Shown piece after piece: positions 11,221 through 20,000 of a stretch of DNA of 20,000 bases. The notes below the pieces were generated by a model. It did no database searches. It was not told the origin of the DNA and saw nothing but the letters and a program-made list of their open reading frames with translations. Source of the DNA: Perkinsus olseni. Lineage: Eukaryota. The stretch is from contig JABANN010000019.1 in assembly GCA_013115125.1 (NCBI GenBank), positions 110,280 to 130,279 on the forward strand. Reading direction: 5' to 3'. The position numbers and the translations under genes are program-made. Numbering within the stretch: the first letter of the stretch is position 1; every line of letters starts with the position of its first letter.

Positions 11221-12530
11221 ATGTCAACCGCCACTAACGAACAACAGCATGCAGATCCCAGCTCGAAGGGAGACGATGGAGGAGGGGGTGCTATGAAAGA
11301 GAATGAAGATGCGCCGGATAAGCTAATGCCGCCCTCGTGAGGTCTAGGGCTCGCTAGAAGGGTCTCTCAAGGGTCATTTTGCTTAGACATCCTTACTCGT
11401 TAAGGCCGCAAATACTCAAGAAAAAACAGCCTGATAATGTAACGAGGGTTGAAAGACGCGCTGCAGATGGTACCTCCATGGTAGGTCAAGGAGGATGGAC
11501 CGTCGTCGTCTAGTAGAGGGAGGACCGGCTCGGCTGCGAGTAGCATCGATAGTGCCGCAGCCACTATTGGATCTGGTAAACCAGCACCCTGCCTAGCGGA
11601 AAATGGTGTTTCGCTCAGCTGAGCAAGAGCGCATAGGTGCCGAAGCTACACTCACTGGTGACACCAGCGGCGGTAGACGGAGGGCTCGGAGCAGATCAAG
11701 GATTTCTTCCAACGGCGGAGATTTGGCGACATCAGCGTAAGTCGAGCCGCGGCCAAGCTGGGCCCTAAGCTCGAGCATGCCCTCAGAGGCGATGCTGAAG
11801 TGAGAGGTAAATCTGCAGAGAAAACGCCCAAGAGGCGACGTGCAGGTAAGTGCCAGCGATTTTTTCTAGTGAAGATAGAAGGTTGTATGCCGAACTGCAC
11901 GCTTCGCTGACTTCGAGTGTCAGCATTATTGGCTTTCCAGGCAGCGGTAGGAGGAGCGCAGGTGGCGTCCCGGCAGTTCTCGGTGTGGGTCCCGCTGTCG
12001 CCGATGTGTATTGGGTGCAGTGCAGCAGGTAGCCCTGCCATCCTGATGTTTGCCGCTGTTGCAGCTCTCTCAGTCCTTCCTGTGAGAAGTGGCGTATCGT
12101 CACTAAGGAGATATTTGACAAGTGAAACCTGCCTCGTCATTCGCGAGATATCCTTCGTGAGGGTAGGTTCAATGGGAACCCAGAACTGCCGGTGCTGTGC
12201 GCCCAGCTTGGCAGTGCATGCTCGGAACCTGACGATGCTGAGAAATACAAAGCGCCTGATGAGCAGCAGGAGTAGGGATACCGGCTACAGTCGTGTCCTT
12301 GGTTGGATGCTTTCCTCAGGCGCGAGCGCGCCGCAAAGGATCTGCCACCAATTTCTTCCCAGTCGTCTCCGATTCCTGCCGTCCCTGATGCCGCAGCGCA
12401 TAGTCAGGCGAAGCAGCAGGAAGAGCAGGGAGGAGAGGCCAAGGCTGAAACGACTCCCCCAAAGGCTTCAATGGATTCAGAACCCATTGAGCATCCCCTC
12501 GTAGATAAAGCCACTGTGCGCTATCGATGA
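11221..12530 (+). CDS. CW-type zinc finger protein (zf-CW within disordered sequence), multi-exon
   Basis: Removing two GT-AG introns gives VYWVQCS|SPSCEKWRIVTKEIFDK|FNGNPELPVLCAQLGSACSEPDD (about 12006-12237). This fits the zf-CW pattern WVQCxx(xx)CxKWR...C...CxxPE/D. ATG at 11221 and last exon ending ...DKATVRYR-stop at 12530. The middle exons are not fully resolved. Confidence 0.72.
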
Positions 12531-13832
12531 AAACATTTAGCCAAACTTTTGTCATGTCAGGTATAGTGAGCCCCAGCGAGTTAACATGCACGTTATTATT
12601 CCTCACGTACATTGCGCCCCATCCCGATCTATCATCCACGCGGTGCCCAATTCCGCTGGGAGTGAATCGTGATCTTATCGGCGAATTTCTCAATAACGAT
12701 TGTGTCGCCCTTATGCTCGAGTAGCTAACATGCTAACGTATATTGATGTCATCGAATCCGTACAATAAGTTGCTTTTTCGACTACTCCAGTAACAGTGTT
12801 GATCATTTCTAGTGGCAATGGGGTGGCTCGTCAGTCTCTATTTGTAGTAATGCTGTCTCTGAACCCGCCCCCACCCAGTGAAGCCTCCTGGGTCCTCATC
12901 CCGGTGGGAGTTCTAGAACCAGAGACCTCCGGGAGAGCCACCAGGCGAGGTCATACGGTTCCCGAATGGGATGTACTCAGGATGGCTGTCGAGTAACACG
13001 AGCGCCGCCCTGGCTTGAGGCGAGGCGTTGCTATATAGATACTATCGGCATCAGGGCCGTGAGACTAAAATGAGGCTCATCGTCAACGCTCAAGATGCAT
13101 CACGTCTCCCTGGGGAGTTCAGAAGCTATGCCGTGATAGTGCCCAGCCGTTCATGGTCGGGGGCATTACCCAACGTGGTAGTGAGAACCGGGACGATACT
13201 CTGGTCATAGGTGAAGAATTCTTCTATCGGTACCCTGCGAAAAATCTGACCGCGTTTGGCATACCGGGAATTCGTGTTGTTGTGCAGTGAAGCTCTCTGC
13301 AGATATCTTGGACGCTACTGTTGTGCAAGCAATTATCCACCGGTGGCTATTCGTGTCAAATAGTCACCAATCAGAACTGGGACCGCTTGGAGGCTCTACG
13401 GGACGGCCAGGTTGACGAGAGCCTCGCTGAGTGGTGGTTCACCACCGGGCGAAAATTGAGAGTAGGTCGGAAGGCTCTCGGTTGGGCGTTGTGGTACCGC
13501 ATTTTGCGTCCGTCAGATTGCGTACACTGTCGTTGACGGGTTGTTCCGCCCCCATGCTAAGCCGGCGGACACACCTCGAGGGGAGCCGGAAGAGGGGACG
13601 CGGTATTGCAGTTCATCGTGGATGGACACCTGAAAGCTTGCCGGAAAGTGCAGCATCGGATTCAACGTTGGTAGTAGAGTAGCGGCAGTCTCAATCGAGC
13701 AGGCCGCGGTGAAGTGAATGTTGTTATTACGAAGATGCCGTGCGTTGGCGATTGTGTTTTTGGCGAGTTGATCGTTATTCTATTGCTTCGGGGAGATGCC
13801 ATGTAGTGTTTCGCTTTTTTTCTCACACCAAG

Positions 13833-14786
13833 ATGTCCAACGATTATAATAAGATACTCCGCAACGGTGCTCCTTTCATCAGAACAGCGATGTCCCACAA
13901 GTACACTATGAGGTCGATCATTCTCGGCGTAGTTCTTGTCCCGGTACGGATGGTACTACTCTTGTCAAGCCTGGTCATCGCGTTCCCCATCTTCTGTTTG
14001 CTCTCTCATTTCGGTTTTGATAAGGCCACTGAGCTCCTTGTGAGGACCTGGTGTCTTTATGCTCTCGTGGTGTGCTTTGGGATCGTCCCCAGAGTCGTTA
14101 ATTTTGATTTAATGAAACACTATAACAAGGAATCTTTCGTGATGGTGTCTAACCACATCAGTTGTATGGAAATACTAATTTTACTTTTCCTTTTTTATCC
14201 TACATTCGTCGGGAAGAAGTCCCTTGAAGATACCCCAGTGGTCGGTAGAGTTATGAAATCGATGCACTGTATTTTTGTTGATCGACTAGCGATCAAAGGT
14301 CATCAGCAATCGACTACGGACACTATCCACAAATACATCTCGGCCCCTGGGAAGGGAAGTCCCGTGCTCCTTTTCCCAGAAGGCACTACTACTAACGGGC
14401 TCGGCCTGATACCATTTCGCAGCGGAGCATTTTGCCAGAACGTTCCAGTCTTGCCAGTGGCGATAACGTATCCTATGTACCGCCCAGGGGTGACATTCGA
14501 TCCCCATTGGACTGCCATCAAGGCTGTGCCCTATGCTGTTGGTCTCATGGCTCAGCCATACACCACTATGAGAATTCAAATACTACACCCGGAGAGTCGC
14601 CGCGAGGGAGAAAGTCCCAGAGGTTTCGCCGATCGAGTTCGTGAAATTATGGCCCAGTCCTTGCATGAGAGGCTCGTTGCGGGTACATTTCCCGACAAGG
14701 TGGCTATTGAAGGCGCTATCCGACGCGGCGATATCCCCATGAACGTCGTCAACGAGTTCGCCCTACGGCAGTGGAAGGAGATGTGA
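13833..14786 (+). CDS. Lysophospholipid acyltransferase (LPCAT/LPEAT-like, PlsC family), intronless, 317 aa
   Basis: N-terminal hydrophobic segments, then acyltransferase blocks VSNHISCME, FVGK, IFVDR, LLFPEGTTTNG and FRSGAF...PVLPVAITY. The ATG at 13833 directly follows a pyrimidine tract plus AG, so the upstream extension in the ORF track is probably non-coding. Confidence 0.92.
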   Translation: MSNDYNKILRNGAPFIRTAMSHKYTMRSIILGVVLVPVRMVLLLSSLVIAFPIFCLLSHFGFDKATELLVRTWCLYALVVCFGIVPRVVNFDLMKHYNKESFVMVSNHISCMEILILLFLFYPTFVGKKSLEDTPVVGRVMKSMHCIFVDRLAIKGHQQSTTDTIHKYISAPGKGSPVLLFPEGTTTNGLGLIPFRSGAFCQNVPVLPVAITYPMYRPGVTFDPHWTAIKAVPYAVGLMAQPYTTMRIQILHPESRREGESPRGFADRVREIMAQSLHERLVAGTFPDKVAIEGAIRRGDIPMNVVNEFALRQWKEM

Positions 14787-14932
14787 TAGCAGTCTAGTGA
14801 ATGATTTCGTGCATTCATCTGTTGTTGCGTTGAGTTTGTCTCATGAACAGTATGGGTATAGACCGTCGACGAACTTTGAACTCGACACGTAACATATTCA
14901 TTCTGAGCCTGTACAACTTGACTGCCGATATA

Positions 14933-14953
14933 CCCTCACCCTCGAGGTGAGGG
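14933..14953. repeat. Perfect 8-bp inverted repeat (CCCTCACC-ctcga-GGTGAGGG)
   Basis: Directly visible about 150 nt after the acyltransferase stop codon. Function unknown. Confidence 0.55.
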
Positions 14954-15249
14954 GCAGTCTGATAACTGTGCTCGATAATGTTACAGGGTTATTGTAAAAT
15001 CGTAGGTAGACCGTAAAAGTAGGAATGCTATGCTTGGCAATGACGGTGACCCGTGCAATTTTCACGTTCAATGGACGCCAGCCGGAACTGGTCGGTCAAA
15101 ATGACTCTTCGGAGACGACAGAAGACCTGGTGTGTGTCCTGCCTGATTCAGGAGGCACCATTCAGGTTTGACACGATTGCTGCGAGCTGAGGCAACAAAT
15201 CATCAAGAAGAAAATGGTCTTCATCGGGGACGTAAATACCTAATGACCA

Positions 15250-16607
15250 ATGCGAAACACACAACACTCTGACAGCGCTACCATTGAGGATGTCCGCTAT
15301 GTGATCTCTCATGAAAGTGCAGGGAGGAACAGTCGGGAAACAGCAGACGTCGGTATTAACCTCAGTCCATATGCCGCAACCACTATCATCAACTATGACC
15401 ACCTGACGGCGAATGCCAGATCGGATCATTCCCTCCCTATCAAGGCTCGATAGGTCGCTGAATTACCTTCTCGTATCCTGTGGGGAGCACTCCCGCAGAT
15501 TTACTGGTACCAATGCCGAGCTCTTGGCTGCAGTATATTCGCCCATCGAACAAGCACCCATCCGGGTCCAATTTCCGTGCCACGAAATGCACATAATCCG
15601 GGCTGCTGAAGGCAGGCCAGCAGTCAGTATGATTTATCGTCTCGACACGAACGAGTGCAAATTGCACTGTGGAATCGCCCGCTCACCTCGCTGCGCTGAA
15701 TATGGCCATGTCTGCTATCTCGCGTGACTGCGACAGAAGCTCTCGAACACCCGGCCGCAGCTTCACATACCTGTACAAGGTCACTGATTTATCGGGAGAC
15801 TTTCGCAAAGAGAGACTCACACAAGGTCCCAGGCGCTGTCTTCCCCTCGGTAAAGCAAGACTTCTCTTTCTCCAGTTAACGAGTTGACGTAAACATTGGG
15901 ATCCAGAGGCGGAGGGACGGACGAAAACGGCATTGACGACGCTGAAAAGACGATCCCTAGCGAGCAAACGCTAAGAGCACAGGACTTCCATCAGGCTGAG
16001 ACGCTACCCCTGAACACAATGAAGCCCGCGCCGTCTTACTCCGGTACAAGGCGCCAGTAGTCGAGCTTGCAGAATTAATTCTGCCAAAACTGTTATTCTC
16101 ATAGCAAGTATTACTGCCGGTCGTGGGACGAGCGCTCATAGAACGGTTGAAAGAACCTTGACATCGAAAACGAGTTACGTAGTAGCATGATTTCAAGCAA
16201 GAATCGATGAATAGGAGGCCCGTAGTGGACTACCGCGGCTGCGGCTGGACTGCTGTCCTCCTCTCCTTAAGCTTTCCTCAGCTACGACCACTCCATGGCG
16301 GCTTGACGATACTAACGTCTGGTCCAGGTCGAAGACAAACAGTGCAGAGCGATTCCGAGCCTCCGTTACGGAATCAAAGTCATTAGTGCCTGAGGAACAG
16401 TTAGAAGTATTGTCTTCGCCCGACGTGGCCTCGAGGATCAAACGCTCCGCAAAATTACATCTTGAAGGCTCTCTACACGAGAAAGTAGAATGGCAAAGAG
16501 TCATGTACACGCGCCACGACTTTGATGATGCCCAAACCGTTCTCCGAAAAATCGCCAAGTACCACAACTTGCAAACGGCCTCTCTGATTCAAACCCTAAG
16601 CTGCTGA
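15250..16607 (+). mobile_element. Probable highly degenerate LTR-retrotransposon pol relic (RT - RNase H - integrase order)
   Basis: Frameshifted, stop-containing fragments occur in the expected order: KAR/DRSLNYLL (RT DxRxLN); KLHCGIARSP/AALNMAMSAI (RT LxFGLxxSP); FTYLYKVT (position of YLDD); WDPEAE...TLKRRSL (connection-like); RRYP/HNEARAVLL (RNase H-like); LRKIAKYHN (integrase His-domain-like). Each match is weak alone and no LTRs were found. Confidence 0.38.
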
Positions 16608-17197
16608 GACACTCCCAGCGTGAGCCTCGCGTCCGTCCAACCTATTACCCGCACTAGTGGCATTGGTGCCCACGCTGCCGACATCATCGTTCTGAGATTG
16701 TTCCGAGCCGGACGACGACGTTCTCCGATTGTTAGTAATAGGCAGGAGCCACTTCGATAAGAGCCCGTCTCTCTTCTCTCCATCATGCCTCCTATCATCC
16801 TCATCATCGCCACCGTCCCTTCCTCCGAACCCGCTACCATTGCCACCCCTTGATAGCATCAGAAAAAATATGGTGAAAAACTACTCCCGGCGAGCTAACC
16901 AATATATAGCCTAGTTTTTACGGAGAACGGAGACGGCAACAATTGAGCGATTCTCTCCCGGCGGTGGATGAAACTGTGTTACACTCTGCATCCCGAAATA
17001 ACAACGAGAACACTGCAACGACGCTATGATAAGGTTGAGAAGGTAAGCCGGAGTTGTCAATGATAACAAGGATGGTATCTCAAAGAGCCAGCAGCACTGT
17101 AATACTACAAAACAGCGCCGCATTAGCAACCACTGAGTACTGACGCGGACCAGAGCAACCGTGCCACCCCGGAGATAAATACCCAAAAAAGAAGACA

Positions 17198-17615
17198 ATG
17201 AACAGAGGAGGTACCGTTATGCTGCTTCTACTTCTTTTCGCAACAAACGGCTGCACTGCTGTCACTACGTCTCATACTCATCAAAGGTTAGGGGATGGCA
17301 CAGGAGAGCATGCTCTGACGGCAAGATTAAAACAACTTCCCTCCACACCATCGTGGGTCTTAGTACATAACCTCCCTAACGGGAGGAAGATCTCGCCCTT
17401 ATCACCAGTGACGAGGTTCTACGAGCTTGAGGTACTACCCTAAGATGTGCGGCGTAGTCTTCGTCCCCAACATCACGTATTTGGCAATTTCCAAAATCGA
17501 ATCTACCCCACAAGTAGTTGTCAACTATGATGAACAGCAGACCGATAAAATTCTACGACCGTCTACAGTTCTAATAACATCAACGACCACGCCGACGACC
17601 TCAGAACAGTACTAA
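17198..17615 (+). CDS. Possible small secreted protein or pseudogene fragment
   Basis: ORF 17198-17443 begins with a signal-peptide-like MNRGGTVMLLLLLFATNGCTA. An overlapping ORF in another frame (to 17615) ends in a Thr/Ser-rich tail. I found no clean splice joining the two. Confidence 0.22.
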
Positions 17616-18008
17616 AATGGACAGCGATTGGCTCCTTCGAGTCCTATTAGTTACAAAATTTTACATTTGCCTTCTGATACTGGTTCCAGTATTTAAACGC
17701 CGGGGAGCTAAAATGATTGTAAGATTAATAAATACATAATGATGATAATTAACAGTACCATCAACCGGGTTCCCAACCCTCACAACAATCGATAGCATTA
17801 GTGCTGTCGGCTTTATGAAACGGTGCAGCCTGATCACCATTGCCGTGCGGCTTACTTCATAACTACGGTGAGGCATCAGTATCGTTGCTCTCCTACAGGT
17901 AAGAACTTCGCGAGATAAAAATAAATCATCCATCTATCATGGTATCAATGATGATTATCAGACAATACCAATGACGTAGGGTGTCTTCAAGACTCCGTCG
18001 CTTCCTCA

Positions 18009-19181
18009 TTACATCTTCTCAACAAAAGGCGATCCGTCTGGTTCCACTCCAGGAGCCTCGGCCAAGACCTTCAGGCTACCACCGATGGCTTCAGCGTTAG
18101 CAGCAGCTCCGGCAGCATCAGAATTCCACTGGCGGGTAGCAGTATCCCCCGAGATGGTAGCTAATAGGTTAGTGAAAACTTCTTCATCAAGATTGTGTAG
18201 TCCACTACTATCATCAGCAGCCTCAGTAGCACCTTCAACTGCGACTGCCTTGCCTTCCTCAGTGTCCGACGTAGCAGGAGTAGTAACGGGTTGTTGTGGC
18301 TGCCGCTGTTGCTGCGAAAATACGTTGGTCGGAGGCGTAACGGCGACATAGGGCGTTTCCGGAACGGTTTGGGCCGAGGCAATCTGTAATAGATGGGCGA
18401 GCACAGTGTTGCTCATTTCCACCTGTCTTCGAAGCTCCTCGTTTTTAGCCGCCAGCGCATTGAGCGTTGATCTATGGACGCTACCTCGAGAATGTGACCG
18501 ATCTGGGCGGGCGATGCCTCCCGAGGTAGCGCCACCACCAGTCGTAGTACCAGCGACTGTCGGAGAAAACCTCGCCGGAGGCGTAGGAAGCAGAGATGGG
18601 CTCGGTAGAATACCAGGACTGGCAGACTCAACACCATCGTTGCCAGTCTGGGCCATCATATTATGCACCGTCAACAAAGCACGTTGCTCTCCCAGGACCT
18701 TTTCATGCTCGATGTCAACGCGAGCTGTATCCATGTCGGAAGCCTCGCCCGGCTGCCTCAGTTCCTCGACAGAGTGTGCGTAAGTACAGTCAGGATCGCT
18801 ACAATTAGGCTTAGCACATAGCTTAGTCCTGGCGAGATTGGGCTTCTTAAAGAGCTCACTATCATAATGGGCAAAGGTACAGTTGGTGCCATAGTGGCAA
18901 CGTCCCTTGAGGAAGTGCTTGCAAACGCGTGTTTTACGTAGTTTCCTGCGGATATTGGAATCTCCGTCGCCAGTAGGTGGACCAGAATACGGCGAAGACG
19001 GCACCATCGGGGACACGGAAGACCACTCAGGTAGTTCCGATAGGGCAGCACTCGACGGCTGAGGGGATAGAATCTCCCAAGCACTAGTGTCGAAGCTGGA
19101 AGGGTCCGTAGCCTGCGGGATCTCCATTGGAGCCAATCCCGCAGCGGCTGCGAGCCGGTTGCTCGTTTTCTTCTTCATCAT
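18009..19181 (-). CDS. Tandem CCCH zinc-finger (TIS11/TTP-like) RNA-binding protein, intronless, 390 aa
   Basis: LRKTRVCKHFLKGRCHYGTNCTFAH (C-x7-C-x5-C-x3-H), linker YDSELFKKPNLARTKL, then CAKPNCSDPDCTYAH followed by SVEELR (fingers at 18774-18923). A short coiled coil (LAAKNEELRRQVE) and Pro/Ser/Thr/Gln-rich disordered regions follow. Confidence 0.9.
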   Translation of the reverse strand: MMKKKTSNRLAAAAGLAPMEIPQATDPSSFDTSAWEILSPQPSSAALSELPEWSSVSPMVPSSPYSGPPTGDGDSNIRRKLRKTRVCKHFLKGRCHYGTNCTFAHYDSELFKKPNLARTKLCAKPNCSDPDCTYAHSVEELRQPGEASDMDTARVDIEHEKVLGEQRALLTVHNMMAQTGNDGVESASPGILPSPSLLPTPPARFSPTVAGTTTGGGATSGGIARPDRSHSRGSVHRSTLNALAAKNEELRRQVEMSNTVLAHLLQIASAQTVPETPYVAVTPPTNVFSQQQRQPQQPVTTPATSDTEEGKAVAVEGATEAADDSSGLHNLDEEVFTNLLATISGDTATRQWNSDAAGAAANAEAIGGSLKVLAEAPGVEPDGSPFVEKM

Positions 19182-19388
19182 GATGATAACAGTGGAATAG
19201 AATCCGCACTAATAAAAGCTACCAAAAACCACTCTCGTCATGGGCGGTGCCCCGCGACCAGAATCAATCGACCCACCGTACCACTGAAATCCCACCTACA
19301 CCACGTCATGTATTCATGGCACTGTCGCTTGTCGCGACTCGGCGCCTAAAACGCGTGACAACTGTAGTGTGACGCCGAACAGGTCCCG

Positions 19389-19487
19389 CCTGAAAATAGT
19401 GAATCCTGAAAATGGTGAAGGGCGAGAAAATCCGTATTTGTGGGTTTTTGACCCACTAAAAGTGGTGAAACCCTGAAAGTGGTGAAC
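19389..19487. repeat. Four imperfect copies of CCTGAAARTGGTGAA in two tandem pairs, with a small hairpin between them
   Basis: Copies: cctgaaaatagtgaat (19389-19404), cctgaaaatggtgaag (19405-19420), actaaaagtggtgaaac (19455-19471), cctgaaagtggtgaac (19472-19487). The inverted repeat gtgggt-ttttg-acccac is at 19440-19456. Confidence 0.7.
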
Positions 19488-19923
19488 AACAATCTCGCCC
19501 GCCTCGAGGTGAACAAAACTTAGTGTTATGGGCAATTTAGTACCACTCCTCCTCGAACCAACCGAACTTTCTATCGCCAGTCCCTCACATAGAGCTCTAT
19601 TACTACGTGATCAAGTTATGGGTTACTCGGAGGGTGTCGGAGAATGCGATGGATGTTGTGATCCTGCCTATTTTTTCGCGAATGCCTCCGACTACCACGA
19701 GTCGTGGTCTATGACAAGCTCGCGTATATTGCAAGTCTTGCAACGACTTGGTCGGTATTTATTGCGGGGGTACAAACGCTATATTGCTCTGTTTAAGTTA
19801 CCGTGCCATGTTTGCGGATTGGGAGTTCTTATCTTTCTTCGCGCCTCACAAACCAGGGAAGGTACTACTCTGCCAAATCTGAGGTGTTCCCAGCGAACTG
19901 ATTGGTGTAGTGTTGCAGCGAGT

Positions 19924-19935
19924 GGGGGGGGGGGG
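19924..19935 (+). repeat. G12 homopolymer / polypurine tract
   Basis: Twelve consecutive G followed by AGA. Confidence 0.8.
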
Positions 19936-20000
19936 AGATTAGCGGATGGATTAGAGCCGCTAGTGCTCGCTAGGGTTGAAATTGCCTATCACGAGCTCAT

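Noticed and set aside
11593-12693. Several overlapping 60-195 aa ORFs on both strands
   Set aside because: Better explained as alternative frames or antisense of the spliced zf-CW gene.
13740-13832. N-terminal extension of the acyltransferase in the ORF track
   Set aside because: It begins at a non-ATG codon and crosses a pyrimidine tract; the ATG at 13833 is more plausible.
18085-19084. Nested and antisense ORFs within the CCCH gene
   Set aside because: Alternative-frame artefacts of low-complexity coding sequence.
19370-19387. TGACGCCGAACAGGTCCC resembling a tRNA-Lys primer-binding site
   Set aside because: It lacks the required TGG start, has several mismatches and has no adjacent LTR end or gag ORF.
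19389-19487. Short repeats as a possible CRISPR array
   Set aside because: The repeats are too short, directly adjacent without unique spacers, in a eukaryotic context with no cas genes.
1-20000. A functionally linked gene cluster or prokaryote-style operon/defence system
   Set aside because: The genes are spliceosomal-intron-containing, alternate in strand and have unrelated predicted functions; nothing in the sequence links them into one system.

Overview
Gene-dense eukaryotic (protist) DNA with roughly balanced GC and many very short introns (about 45-60 nt, GT-AG plus one GC-AG). This style suggests an alveolate such as Perkinsus (inference only). Most entries in the ORF track are exon fragments or antisense shadows. 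Manual splicing gives: a truncated hypothetical gene (1-661, minus); a multi-exon membrane-anchored protein resembling cobalamin acquisition protein CBA1 / BtuF-type binding proteins (941-3865, minus); a coiled-coil gene and one or two low-complexity genes (about 4280-8410, plus); a 6-exon, 491-aa aldehyde dehydrogenase resembling family 21 (9037-10770, minus); a CW zinc-finger protein (11221-12530, plus); an intronless lysophospholipid acyltransferase (13833-14786, plus); a probable decayed LTR-retrotransposon pol relic (about 15250-16610); and an intronless tandem CCCH zinc-finger gene (18009-19181, minus) with a small repeat and hairpin cluster upstream. I saw no rRNA, tRNA or CRISPR, and I cannot support a novel multi-gene system. 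The best leads are the divergent CBA1-like receptor with an RRRLQ stalk motif and the ALDH21-like enzyme. All family calls come from motif recognition by eye, not database searches.
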